In this document: piece by piece, positions 1 to 13,568 of the stretch
How positions within the stretch are numbered: position 1 is the stretch's first letter
Layout: every line of letters begins with the position of its first letter
Assembly: GCA_964016885.1 (NCBI GenBank)
Contig: OZ024752.1
Location: 21,514,001-21,578,000, forward strand
DNA from: Eledone cirrhosa
Taxonomy: Eukaryota
Length of the DNA stretch: 64,000 bases
Direction: 5' to 3'
The notes under the pieces: model-generated
Told to the model about the DNA's origin: nothing
The model's database searches: none
What the model saw: only the letters and a program-made list of their open reading frames with translations
Position numbers and translations under genes: made by a program

Positions 1-584
1 GATATCCTATTAAATAAACGACAGGAATTAATTATATCGTGTAATCATAAACTAAAAAAAACATTTAAATATTATAAACCTAATTAATAACATTATTTTA
101 GAAATTAATTTAATTTAAATGTTAGTTAACCTATAAATTTAATTTAATTAAAATTCTACTACAGATGAGAATATAAAATATTGTGTAATCATAAATTGTG
201 AAAAACCTTTAAATATTACTAATATATACTTAGTTATTTAATTTATAGATTAATTTTAATTTATTTAAACCTTTTATTAAAATTCCTTTACAGATAAAAT
301 ATAACAAAATATCGTGTATCCAATGACAGAGAAATAATTTTTAGTATTATAGACCTAATTAATATACATTTTAGAAATATATTTATAATTTGGTTTTAAA
401 TTTAGTCAACCTAAAAATTTAATTTAATTGGCTTAAAATTAGTATCCTTATACAGACGGATTGCAGAGTGTCATGTAATCATAGAATGGGATGTGTTTTG
501 GATGTATACCTAGTTAATATATTCTTTGCAATTTTTGAAAAAATATGTATATGTATGTATGTATGTGTATGTGTATGTATGTGT

Positions 585-630
<46 letters not shown>

Positions 631-1309
631 ATGTATATGTATATGTATATGTATTAATTTTGATTTCTATTTGCATATAATTATATTCTGCTATTGATAA
701 AATACAATATCTGTTTTATTTATTATATACCTAATTAACATATACTATAGAAATTAATATATAATTTTTAATTTAGTTAACCTATAATTTATATTCTACT
801 ACCGATGTAATACTTTATTTGTTTTTTCCCTATTACTAAATTCATTTCCTAATATTGATACCATAACGTTAATAACTTTAATTTAGTTATACTATAATTA
901 ATACTCTACTACTATTTAACTTCAAAATTCTGCTTCAAATATTATAAACCTAACTAATTTACACCTTAGAAATCAATATGTTAACTATCTTTAGTTTAGT
1001 TAACATATAATTAATGGTATACTTATTTCGAAATGCATAATTTTGCCTTATTTCTTGTATTTCCTAACACTGAAACTATGTAAAAACATATATTGGGATC
1101 CAGATACAGATAATATTCTATGTTTCTTGAAACATATATTTACTATAATCCCCTTCTCCAACCCCCCCCCCCCTTTCCCCCATACTATTATCATCTGTGT
1201 TTGTAAGCGTGTATGTATGAATATATATGTAGGTAGGTGTATATATGTTTGGGTATTTATATCTGAATATAAAAATACATATATGCGCATGCAAATAAGA
1301 ATGTAAGAT

Positions 1310-1632
1310 TGTGTGTATATATATGTGTGTATATATATATATATGTATATATATGCATGTGTATATATATGTGTATATGTATATATATATATATGTGTAT
1401 ATGTGAATATGTGTGAGGGCGTGTATGTGTGTGTGTATATATATATATATATGTGTGTGTATGTATGTGTGTATATATATATATGTGTATATATATGTAT
1501 GTCTCTCTATTTATATGTCTATCTTCGTATCTATGTGGGTATATGTGTGTATGTACATGTATGCACATGTATATGTTTATGTGTATATGTGTGTATGTGT
1601 ATATATGTACGTGTGCGCACATATATATGTGA

Positions 1633-1670
<38 letters not shown>

Positions 1671-1703
1671 GTATATCTATGTGTGTATATATGTCTATAT
1701 TCG

Positions 1704-1740
<37 letters not shown>

Positions 1741-2295
1741 TATTATTATAATATAACTTATGTGTATGTGTGTATATGTGAGGGTGTGTATATGTATATA
1801 TATGTATATATATGTGTAAAAATATATATGTGTATGTGTGTTTTTTGTGTGTGTGTATATATATGTATGTATATATGTGTGTATGTGTGTGTTTGTATGT
1901 GTGTTTGTGGTTGTATGTGTGTGTGGGTGTATATATATAAATGTATGTGTATGTATATATATATATATATGTGTATATGTATCTCTATTAATGTGTGTAT
2001 ATATGTATATGTATATACCTTTTTCTTTGTATGTCTGAGTTGTGTGAGAGTGTAGTGGGTTTTGTATGTATATACGCATATATGGATGCGTATGTATTTG
2101 TATATATGAGTATATGTAAGTGCGTATGTATGTATGAATATATATCTATGTCTATGTATGAGTATATATGTGTGTGTATATATGTTGTGTGTGTATGTAT
2201 GTATGTGTCTGTGTGTGTATATATATATATATATATATGTGTGTATATGTATGTATGTATGTGTATGTATGTACATATATGTCTATGTATATGTG

Positions 2296-2342
<47 letters not shown>

Positions 2343-2536
2343 TTATTTTATATATATGTGTGTGTGTGTATGTGTGTGTGTGTATATATATCTTTATATA
2401 TGTGTATGTGTATGTTCGTGTAGGTGTATGTGTGTGTATGACTATATATGTATGTGTGTATGTGTGTATGTATGTATATGTATGCGTGTGTACATGTATG
2501 TATGTGTATGTATATATATGTGTGTATATGTGTATG

Positions 2537-2569
<33 letters not shown>

Positions 2570-2851
2570 GTATATGTATCTCTATTTGTATGTGTATATG
2601 TGTATAGGTATATACCTTTTTCTTTGTATGTCTGAGTTGTGTGAGAGTGTAGTGGTGTTTGTATGTATATACCGATATATGGATGCGTAAGTATTTGTGT
2701 GTATGTATGTATGTATGTCTGTATGTATTTGTGTGTATATATAGGTATGTATGTGTATATCTGTATGTATATAAGTATGTATGTGTATGTATATGTGCGT
2801 GTATGTGTATATATATGTGTGTCTATATATATATGTGTGATTATATGTGTA

Positions 2852-2884
<33 letters not shown>

Positions 2885-2982
2885 TTATATGTATGTGTGT
2901 ATATGTGTGTATGTGTGTATATGTATATGTTTATATATGTGTGTGTATGTGTGTTCTAAGTGTAGATGTGTGTATATGTATG

Positions 2983-3050
<68 letters not shown>
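1310..3050. repeat. Compound (TA)n/(TG)n/(TATG)n low-complexity array inside the PLE 3' UTR
   Basis: Direct inspection; contains a duplicated unique spacer (tatacctttttctttgtatgtctgagttgtgtgagagtgtagtgg) at ~2013 and ~2610. Confidence 0.95.
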
Positions 3051-3054
<4 letters not shown>

Positions 3055-3672
3055 CTTGATATATTTCTTTTTTCTTTTTTCTTTTTCTTTTCTTTCCTTT
3101 TTAATTTTTATTTTTTATTTCTTAGTTTATAGATACATCTATAAATAAGCAGTCTGCCCAAACCGTTGAATACTGACCTCTCCCCCCCTCCCACCTAATT
3201 TCTGTATCTTGATCTAGATGTGTGTGGCAGTGTTTATGTGAGTGAATTAATATCCATGTGCTTATGATAATATTATATCCACATATATATATGTGTGTGG
3301 GGGTGTGTGTGTGTATGTATGTTCGTATTTATGTGTATGTTTATGCATATACGCGCGCGTGTGTGTGAGTGTACGGATATGTGTGAGTATGAGAATATGT
3401 GTTTACACTTATTTCATATTTATGTGTCTATACGCATCTTATCTGTGCATTATAAACTTACAGAGACATTAACCTTGAAATTTTGTATTTGCATGCATCT
3501 TTTTGGCATGCGTATGCATGTTGAGCATACATCTTCGTATAAATATGTGTACGGGGTAGTTACATGTATATACACACACCAAACTGCATAAAACCTTTTG
3601 TATTTTCATTGGTCAATTTTGTTCCCAAACGGACCTGAAATTTTGAATTGTTGTTATTATCAATAAATATAT

Positions 3673-3827
3673 TTCATTATTTCTGAAGACGGCGTATATG
3701 TGTGTTTGGTATGTATATTTAATCTTGATAGTTTGTATAATTTTGTATAATTTTGTACATAGATCTGTTGAATATGCATGCCAATTCTAACACATATATA
3801 TCCTAGAAACGATCGTTAAATAATGAA
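3673..3827 (+). ncRNA. Type I hammerhead ribozyme with extended stem II
   Basis: Stem I TTCATTATTT/AAATAATGAA (10 bp), core CTGAAGA (3683-3689), ~116-nt stem II domain, GAAA (3806-3809), palindromic stem III ACGATCGT, predicted GUU cleavage after 3817. Confidence 0.85.
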
Positions 3828-3881
3828 CTTTTTTTGTTTAATATAAGGAACTGTTTCATTGTTTTATTCATTATTTGTTTA

Positions 3882-4157
<276 letters not shown>

Positions 4158-4160
<3 letters not shown>

Positions 4161-4348
4161 TCATCATCGTTTAATGTCTATTTTCCACGTTAGCATGGGT
4201 TAGACTGGTTTGTCCCATTTGAGACAAGTAGGGTCGGGTGACCATGTCTCACTCATATAGGACTGTTTCCGGCTGGTTTTCTACAGCTGGATGCCCTTCC
4301 TAATGCCAACCACATTATAGTGTGTGCTGGGTGTTTTATGGTACCAAC
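4158..4348 (-). mobile_element. RTE-type LINE/SINE 3' end with (GAT)n tail
   Basis: Reverse complement matches the RTE 3' UTR at 27530..27690 (ttaggaagggcatccag...acattaaacgatgatgat). Confidence 0.75.
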
Positions 4349-4376
4349 ATAAAATATATAAATATACACACACATA

Positions 4377-5163
4377 TCTATATATATAAAACAGAGGATG
4401 TCTGTGTGTCTGTTTCCCTAAAACTCGAGAAGTACCCAACCGGTTTTTTTCAAACTTTATACATGTAACTCGTATGAACCCGGAAGTGTTTTGAGCAAAA
4501 ACAATTTCAAATTTTCAATGCCCTAGGCACCGCATGAGGCGATTTAGCGATCTATTTCTCTTTCTCTTAGTCTTTCTCTTTTTAGATAGATACATAGATA
4601 TGATGTCGCGCCTTCATAATATCTGTCTGTATGCATGTCTGTCTGCATTACGTCATTATGACGCGATCAGTGTGTGTGTGTATATATATTCTTATGCCAG
4701 GGAACGTCTTCACGAACCAAAGTATCGCCTTCCTGTTTTCCAGATTGATTTTTTTAGTTTAAGATCCCGTTAAGGTTGAAAGCAGCGATTCTTTGCTTAA
4801 ACATTAATATGTTATTTGAATATAGATATTCGTGTACAGATATTTTTGCATACACAAAAACAAAATATAAACAAACAAAGCCAAAGATTACATCAATTAG
4901 TTTTAGTGTATGTACTTCATACTGCTTTTAGGTAGAATATCCCGTTAAGGGTGAAAGCAGTGATTCTTTGCTTAAACTTTAGTCTGTTATTTTAATATAT
5001 ATATATATATATAATTATATATTTATGGACAGATATTTTTGCATACACAATAACAAAATATAAACAAACGTATTTATTTCACGAGGTTCGATAAAGATAA
5101 ATATATATCAAATATAGAAGAACCCTATAGCAAATCCCGAGCAACGCCGGGCCATTCTGCTAG
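4377..5163 (+). mobile_element. Non-autonomous Helitron
   Basis: 5' TCTATATATATAAAA preceded by A; 3' hairpin CCCGAGC-AAC-GCCGGG then CTAG|T; internal diverged duplication (~4764..4890 vs ~4939..5070). Confidence 0.8.
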
Positions 5164-5229
5164 TATATATATATATTATCTATGTATACACACACACACA
5201 TATATATATATATATAATGATGATATATA

Positions 5230-5378
5230 TCATCATCATCATCATTTTACATCCGCTTTTCCCTGCTTGCAAGGGTGGGACGGGAACTGATTCTGGCTTG
5301 ATTTCTACAGCTGGATGCCTTTCCTAACACCAACCTGATTTATAGTGAGTGCTGGGTGCTTTTTTGCCGTGGCACCTC
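5230..5378 (-). mobile_element. RTE-type 3' end with (GAT)n tail
   Basis: Same 3' UTR motifs as the other RTE tails in the window. Confidence 0.65.
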
Positions 5379-5404
5379 CACAATCACTTTGCAGTGGAAT
5401 GATA

Positions 5405-5560
5405 TGGACCCCAGTCCCTATCATCTCATTTCTACAGCTGAGTAAACTGGAGCAATGTGAAATAAAGTGTTTTGCTCAAGGAAACAACACATCACACGGT
5501 CTGAGAATTGAACTCACAACCTTTCGATTACAAGGCCAATGCTCTAACCACTAAGCCATA
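5405..5560 (-). mobile_element. tRNA-derived SINE (CORE/Deu-like body)
   Basis: Minus strand: A box TGGCTTAGTGG, B box GTTCAATTC, followed by ccttgagcaaaacacttt...ctcagctgtagaaatg. Confidence 0.7.
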
Positions 5561-5564
5561 TATA

Positions 5565-5794
5565 TCTAAACTATAATAAAGGAAGGTCTGCGGGACTGCG
5601 TACGGTTTTTTAATTTTTTTTATCCCGTTAGTAAAATAAGTTGGATTACTTTGAATAAATAATGGGCATACGTCAAAACGGCCGGTCTCAAAAGTGAAAC
5701 TAATTTTTGACAGTTACGTACACGTTATAAGAGTTATTTAAATTTATATATATAAAATAAAGGAGCAAATAAGAGCATGATATGAAGTCAGTCA

Positions 5795-5825
<31 letters not shown>

Positions 5826-6572
5826 AAACGAATGTAAAAGAATATATGTAGGGCATAGATAAGGTTTCTTAGAATTTTACACACACACATTTATACACAC
5901 ACACGTGTATATATTATAGTGTGTATGTGTGCATATATAAGTGTATATGTGTGTGTACTTTTACATTCGTTTACACACACACAGACATACACACACACAT
6001 GACTGACTTCATATCATGCTCTTATTTGCTCCTTTATTTTATATATATAAATTTAAATAACTCTTATAACGTGTACGTAACTGTAAAAAATTAGTTTCAC
6101 TTTTGAGACGGGCCATTTTGATGTATGCCTAAATAATGAATGAATATTACATAATTTATCTACTAAATTTCGTAAACAAAAATAATTTCGTAAAAATAAA
6201 TAATTTAAAATTGACTTCTTTTCAAAGTTGCACTTCCGGTATGTCGTTGCCACCACCACCACCACTTCAACTACCATATATATATAGAAAGTGAGAGTGT
6301 GTGATGTCAACACTTCCGGTGGCGATCACTTAAATAAACATACTAATTTTCTCTTAATGCAGTTTATCTATATCTTTTTTTAATGTATCATGGATAACGT
6401 TACTGATTACATAAGACAGTGTAACAACGTCTTCGTTCAATTTCTGTTTATATTGTCGATTACGATTTTATTTGATGTATCATATCTACATGTATATATA
6501 CTTGCGTATAATATCAATATACACACTACACATGCTAGCAGAAAACCACCCGAAGGGTGGTTTTTCTGTTAG
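5565..6572 (+). mobile_element. Non-autonomous Helitron with a long internal palindrome
   Basis: 5' A|TCTAAACTATAATAAAG; 3' hairpin GAAAACCACC-CGAAG-GGTGGTTTTT then TTAG|T (CTAG variant); internal inverted arms ~5665..5840 and ~5958..6129. Confidence 0.7.
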
Positions 6573-6579
6573 TATATAT

Positions 6580-6766
6580 AATTGTTTCTACTTTAGGCAC
6601 AAGGCCAGCAATCACCCAGTGCATTACTGGTACTTTATTTTATCGACCCCGTAAGGATGAAAGGCAAAGTCAACCTCGGCGGGATTTGAACTCAGATCGT
6701 AAAGGGACGTAACTATGCTGGAAAGCATGGCGTCCGACCCTCTACCGATACTGCCAATCCACCGCT
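6580..6766 (-). mobile_element. tRNA-derived SINE (family also at 33528..33715)
   Basis: B box GTTCAAATC; conserved body gaggttgactttgcctttcatccttacggggtcgataaaataaagtaccag; close copy at 33528..33715. Confidence 0.8.
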
Positions 6767-6889
6767 AGTATATAAATCAAATCTCTGTCCTTAGTCCCCT
6801 CCTGTTTATTATATATATATCCCCATCTCACCATGCATTGAGTACTCCCATGATTTGTGGTCTCCCCAGCCTCAATACCACACTCTCTC

Positions 6890-6892
<3 letters not shown>

Positions 6893-6951
<59 letters not shown>

Positions 6952-6955
6952 TCTC

Positions 6956-6993
<38 letters not shown>
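6893..6993. repeat. (CT)n microsatellite
   Basis: Direct inspection. Confidence 0.98.
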
Positions 6994-7002
<9 letters not shown>

Positions 7003-7132
7003 ATCTATCTATCTCTGGGATGGACACATGTGTTAAACTTGCTCGGTAGGTTTTGTTTAAATTTCTTTAGAAATTTGTCATTGTGAACTTTTATTTTTAT
7101 ACCAATTTGTAGAGGGACTGACAGATCAAATT

Positions 7133-9067
7133 TTGATCTGGTCAGTCTCCCAAAATATCGTGCCCCTCAAGGCAAAAACATCCAAAATATTTTCGAAAAA
7201 AAATGTTTGCAAAACACTTCAATTTTTAAAAAAATTGTCAAAACAAGAAGACAGGAAGGGAAAGCCATGCCTACTTGACCAGCAGGTATTAGCAGACATG
7301 GACAAAGGAATGTCAACATTATTGCCTCAACATTTAGAAGAGGAACAAGCTTCAGCTGCTTGTAAGCAACTGAACACGCCTGACGTCACAAACGTCACAT
7401 GTATCCACACACAGAAGGAAGTATGTGTAGCAAACACTAACACCACCACAACCAACAACAACAACACAATAAATGAGAACAACAACAACAACAACAAAAA
7501 GAATCAGTGGCAACACAACAAATGAGACCATCATCACCACCAACAACAACAATAACAAAATTTTATTTGCAGCAACAGGATTTTAAATACTACTCCATGG
7601 ACATTTCCCAAAAGTCCCAATATTTGGAAGAAGCTTCCAACTATGTGACGTTTGAGGGAGACACCCCACACATACACATACCCCCAAAGTAAGAGAAATG
7701 ACACAGAAAAAGAAGCTAATTTATAGAACAGTTGACATCACTACCAAAAAACCCATAACGCTCCCAACAAGCATTATCGAAGCTGCACTAAAAGACATCA
7801 AGCCAGACGTGGCATACCTCCAAAGAGGTAAACAGTATGGAAGTGTGTCAGTGCTCTTTAAGAGCGAAACTCTGGCACAAAAACACTCGGTTCACCCAAT
7901 AAAAACGGATCAACACATCTTCTTCCCCACATACATGGGAAGAAGATCCTATAAAATAAAAATAACCGGGATCCCAGCAGAGGTCAACATATGGTGGATC
8001 CTACGCTGCATCCTGAAGAAGGATGAGGACACCCTCCTATCTGTAGACAGGACAGACCGACATAACAGGTTTGGAACCTGCATCGAGGTTCTGGTACAAA
8101 TGAGGCCAGAGAGAGTTGAGAAAATACCGGACAGGATCGTCCTTGAGGAAGATGTCATCTCCATTTTAGTGGAGGGGAAAAGACCTCAGTGCAATAAGTG
8201 TGGGAAAACCACACACTTAAAGGCCTTTTGCCCTCTCTTAAACAAACCGAGGACAAACAAGATGTTATTACCAACACCAAAACCCCAACATCAACACCCC
8301 AAACCAAACACAACACAAACACCTGCAACATCCACTCCCATACCACCACAGACCAGAGACAACCACACACACAAAATCCCACTGAAAAACCCTCCATTGT
8401 CTCCCCCCCCCCCTGTCAAATACTTCCACAAACACCTGCACAAACACTCCACCACACAACATACCCCTCCCATCTACCCCTGATTCAGAAGTCTCAGACA
8501 CGGGAACCTCTACATCTCCAAGTGAGAATGAAGAGGAACCCCAAAAATCCAAAAAACAAAAAAAACACAAAAACATCTACAGAAAACACGCACACACCCA
8601 ACCCCACCATAAACACACTGCCACAAATGACAAACACACCAACAACACAATAACCACCAACACAACCAAACACTTCACCAACAAAACAAACACCCACACC
8701 GCCACAATCACAAACCCCAACCACAATAAGAAAACTACAAACAGAAACAGTACACATAAAAAACAAAACACACTACACATACATAAAAACAAGAAACAAA
8801 GAACTGGTGGAAACTGTCCGAAAGGATCCCACAATACAAACGGAAGGGAAAACCTTCCCCACCAACGATCCACCCCCAAACCTCAAACTTATCAGGGTAA
8901 CAACCCTACAGTATGAAACTTTAAAAGAGAACTTCCCACATGATGTGGACCCCCCTTGCCAAAAGCCCCTTAATCGTGCCCTGCTAAAAGGATTTCCTCC
9001 CTCCCCAAACACCACCAATCTGGACATGGAGATCGAACAACCTGACCTCCAGGAAACGAAAAGGTAA
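7133..9067 (+). pseudogene. Tx1/L1 ORF1 (gag-like, zinc knuckle), disrupted
   Basis: ORF 7698..8483 contains KIKITGIP and CNKCGKTTHLKAFC (CX2CX4HX4C); low-complexity P/T-rich tail; several stops and frameshifts. Confidence 0.75.
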
Positions 9068-9107
9068 CTGTTCCTACCTTTTCTCTCCTTAACTCTTCTT
9101 CACCAAC

Positions 9108-12100
9108 ATGGCGACTATACAAGCTGGATGTTTGAATGTATGTGGCCTGGGCATGTCCTGGAAACAGGGCCAGCTTTTAAATGATCTCAGGTCACATTGT
9201 ATAGATGTGATAGCCATCACCGAGTCCAGGATTCACGACAAGCAGCAGGTAACCCCCAGCCAGGAGGTGGAGGGGGAGTTGCTGTTCTGTTTCGAAAAAA
9301 CTTGGATCTCAAAATACAGACGATTCACTTGGACCCAGAGGGCAGCCTGGTGGTCCTAGACATGAATGGTAGTGAAGGTGGAGCTTTCAGACTGGTGGCC
9401 GTATATGCCCTGACTGGGACATCGCGACCAAAGTTCTTCAAGCATCTGGAGTCATTCCTGGGAACGTCTCGCTCCTTAGTCTTAGCGGGGGATTGGAATG
9501 GCATCTTAGACGCACGTTGGGACTATGTAGGAGCTTGCAATAATAGAGGGGGGTGTAATAGCCTCAAAAATCTCATCAGCCAATTCCAACTGGAGCAACC
9601 GCACTGGGTCTTCTAGATCGTATTTAGATAGATTTTTAATTAGACAGAATGATAAGGAAACATTAAGCTGTCCACAAATGCACATGGTTGCCTATTCAGA
9701 CCACAAATTAGTCACCTGCGTAGTCAACCTTGATAGAACACATAGACAGGGACTCGGATACTGGAAGCTAAACCTGTCGCTCCCGGCGTGTAAGGCCTAC
9801 AGTAAACGGATTAGCACCTTAGTTAAGTGCCAGTTGACGGGGACGATCGTCAACAACAGGTGGTGGAGCTCTCTCAAGAGAGCAATTAGAATAGAATCGA
9901 TAGTATTTAGCAAGGAAGTAGCTTTAGAAAAAAACAAAACTGAAAAGGAACTGGTAGCTAAAATAGAAGATGCACTTAGGAATGGCAGTACAGCTGATGT
10001 GCTAGCGACGAGAACGGCACTAGACCAGTTCTTCAACGTGAAACACGAAGGTTGTATTGTCAGAAGTAAAACACGTGCTCTAAGAAACGAGGGAGACAAA
10101 GCTGTTAGCTGGGCCCGAGTGGCAGAGGCGAAAAGTGGCAACAAATCCACAATTCGGTCTTTGCAAGATAAAGATGGATGCATTCTACTTGAATCCAAGC
10201 AGATGTGCATGGCCTTCCAGCAGCATTTTGCACAACTGTTCGGGCAAAGCGGTACATTGAGTGAGGTGATGGACTTCAGCTTCTACCTTGACGGCGTACC
10301 GTGACTCTCGAGCACGGATGCGGAGAGCTGCGAAAGGCCGATCACAGAGGGCGAAATAGAAGATGCCCTAGGCCGCTGCGGGAAATGCAAATCACCTGGT
10401 TTCGATGGTCTACCCTATAAGTTTTACATAGGCATGCCAGACTTGTTCTCTGGCATCCTTGAAGCGGTCTACTGCAACTGGCAACAGAACGGGAGGTTTC
10501 CCAGTTCTGTAGGCAGAGTCGTAGTAATGCTGATCAGGAAAGATGAGATAAGCAATTTCAGGCCCATAACTCTGCTCAACACAGAGTTAAAGATTTTGGC
10601 CAAGGTGTTAGCAGCAAGGCTGGCGCTTGTCGCCGAGAACCTGGTAGGAGAAGCCCAAACGTGTGCAATCCCGACCAGATCCATACACAACAACCTCCAC
10701 CTCATGCGATACATCATAGAGAGGGTAGGGTGTAAACCTGGCTTTGGTGGGGCTCTGATCAATTTAGATCAGTCTAAGGCATTTGATAGGGTCGACCATC
10801 AATACTTGGAAGCAGTTCTCAAGGCGGCCGGCTTCGGTCCCGTCTTCAGAGGCTGGATCGCTGCCATGCACACCAGCATCTGCTCGGCAGTCAAGGTGAA
10901 TAGCTACCTATCAGAGCCATTCCAAATCATGCGTTCCATCCGTCAGGGATGTCCTCTCTCCTCCATTCTGTATGTACTGACTCTCGAGCCGTTACTGCGG
11001 AAATTGGAGCTGTTGCAGGGCATCCCGATCTAACCAGGACTGTGGAAAGCAGCGTCGGCCTATGCCGACGACATAACCGTAATGATGTCGAAAACCTTGG
11101 AAATCGGGGTAATCGGCAACCTATTACAGGAATATGAAACGTTGACAGGAGCAAGACTAAACCCAAACAAGTCTGTTAGTTTGCAACTCGGCACATGGAG
11201 AGGCAAACCCATGCCTTCCGACAGTGTCGTTGGACGCTGGATGGAAGGACCGGTGAAATTGCTCAGGGTCTGGTTCGGTCCAGACCTCCAGGTGGACAGG
11301 AACTGGGACGAGGTCACGGCGAAGGTGTTTGCACTCACCCAGAAGTGGGCTGAGTGCAAACTCTTCTTGAAAGGTCGAGCAGAGGTGGCGAACACTTACA
11401 TAGCGTCCGTCATCTGTTACCGCTTGACAGTCATGCCTTGCCCTCGCGAATACCTTACCAAAAGGGAACGCCTACTATTCAAGTTCCTCTGGAAGAAACA
11501 GGCTCCATTGGTGAGGAGATCCATCTGCTGTCAACACCCTTCTAATGGAGGGCTGGGCATGCCGTGGCTGATGATGCGCAAACATGCGCTGAGGCTACGC
11601 CATCTCCAGGTATTCCTGACCAGTCAACCGGTGTGGCTGTCGTTTGTGAGACAAGCTCTTCCACAACTCGTCTCACTAACAGAGCTGCAGTCCTGGGTCA
11701 AGCGAAGACCGAAAATGGGTGCCTGGCACCTTGAGTGTCTACAGGCGCTCACAGCCCTCTACCAAGCGGAAACAGCAATCAGCGGAGACTCCACTTCGAC
11801 ATTCTATAGGGGATTAGTGGAGGATAAGTGCGACAACGTTCTTGGGGAAACTCTCGGCATCGAGGTGGATGAACTGACCAATCTGTTCAGGAGGACTTTC
11901 CGTCCAGCGCCTATGGATAACTTCCAGAGGTCTCTGGCCTGGCAATGCTACCGAAGACCTCTACCAGTTCGAGACAAAATCTATAGGCACGGACACCCTG
12001 GCAGAGATCCTGCCAAAAGGACCTGTCCAAGATACAAGCAGGACATCAAAACCGTTCTGCATGTAATTGTTCAGTGCCCAGGGGTGACTGACATGTGGAA

Positions 12101-12443
12101 TTATGTCGAACAGCTGCTGTCACATGTGGGATGCACCCAGTTGTCAGCCGAGTCCATCGTGAGGATCACTCCACCGCCTTCATTTAAGAACGAAGGAGAG
12201 GCGGTTTTCCTCTGTCTGGTGGCTATGGCGAAAGAGGTAATATGGTGGACGAGGTTAAAAGGACTGAGGGCAAGCACCTTTCTCTCCGGACAACAACTTA
12301 TCCCCTTCTTTAAGTATCACTTCAGAAGGAGATAAGTGGAGAAAGAGGAGCTACACCCCAGTAAATTTGCTGAAAGGTGGGTGAATGTGGCAAAAATGGC
12401 CCGAGTGAATGGGCCTTCTCTATATAAACCTGTAGTAGGTTGA
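9108..12443 (+). pseudogene. Tx1/L1 ORF2 (AP endonuclease-reverse transcriptase), disrupted
   Basis: Motifs [69 protein letters not shown] across ORFs 9108, 9197, 9678, 10434 and 11082. Confidence 0.92.
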
Positions 12444-12467
12444 GGAAGATAAACAGAGGGATGACAG

Positions 12468-12798
12468 GAACCTCTTAACCCAATATACACACATATACAC
12501 ACATATACCACATATACCACATATACCACATCCTCCCATTTCTGTCCACTGTGTCAGGGACACAACAAAAAGCACCCAGTTCACACTGTAAGGTGGTCAT
12601 GTAGGAGACATGGTAAAAAGGCTCCCAGTCCACACTGTAAAGGTGGTTGGTGTTAGGAAGGGCATCCAGCCATAGAAAACCTGCCAGAGACACTTCTGTA
12701 TGAGGGGGACATGGTCTCCCAACCAATCTCGCATCAAATGGAACGAAACCGTCTAACCCATGCTGGGGTGGAAGATGGATGTTAAACAATGATGATGA
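12468..12798 (+). mobile_element. RTE LINE 3' UTR with (GAT)n tail
   Basis: Colinear with 27318..27690, which follows an RTE ORF end. Confidence 0.8.
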
Positions 12799-13397
12799 AT
12801 GGGGTTGATTCTTTGATTTATCTGTGTCTGTCTGTATCTCTCTTTGGTACCATACAATAACTTAGAGAAATGAAATCTCAAACAAACAATTCAAACCATG
12901 CATGTACAATTCTACACACCTACACATTTATATAAATACTTGTATGTATAGAAATACCCTCCACCCACCAAAAAACACTGTAGACCATAAAAATTCAAAT
13001 AATCCTCTTTAAGGAAAACAAGATGCATGAATGACCACACAAAATAAAATAAAATAAGAACAGCATAAAAAACATCAAAAAGCAAGTTTTTATAACTCAG
13101 AAAGTCAATCAACGATTTGATTGTAATGAATTTCATAACAGGAAACATGCTCACAAACTGAAGATGAAAAACACCCGTTTATTTTCATGAAAGCAACTGG
13201 ATATTGTAAAGAGGAAATACACACAAGGTACCAAGAAATAAAAATTCCCCTAAAACAACAAACAACCGTTTTTTTTTAAAGCCCACTCCCAAATAACACC
13301 ACCACCAACAAAAGCATAACCACCTCCCCTCAAATATATGAAACTAAAAGAATAGCAAGACCCTTAAGAAAGCAAAATACAATAACATATAGGAGTA

Positions 13398-13545
13398 GAG
13401 ATGGCTGTGTGATTAAGGAGTTCACATTGCAACCATGTGGTTTAGGGCACAGTCCTTTTGCTCAACACCTTGGGATAAAAGTCTTCTACTATAGCCTTGG
13501 GTTGACTAATGTCTTCTGAGTGGAATTTGGTAGGCAGAAACTGCA
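13398..13545 (+). mobile_element. Degenerate tRNA-derived SINE (CORE-like)
   Basis: A-box-like tggctgtgtgattaag; body accttggga...gtcttctactatagcc...gagtggaatttggtaggcagaaactg. Confidence 0.55.
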
Positions 13546-13568
13546 TACTTATTATATATATATACATA

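Larger units (their letters stand above)
7016..12445 (+). mobile_element. Tx1/L1-clade non-LTR retrotransposon, near full-length, decayed
   Basis: ORF1 with a CCHC knuckle plus ORF2 with APE, RT and C-terminal zinc-finger motifs, split by stops and frameshifts. Confidence 0.9.

Noticed and set aside
35-520. CRISPR-like repeat/spacer array
   Set aside because: Eukaryotic context, whole ~140-bp units are homologous and decayed, and there are no cas genes.
5480-5560. tRNA genes (also ~33530..33615)
   Set aside because: A/B boxes run into SINE bodies and no complete cloverleaf is seen.
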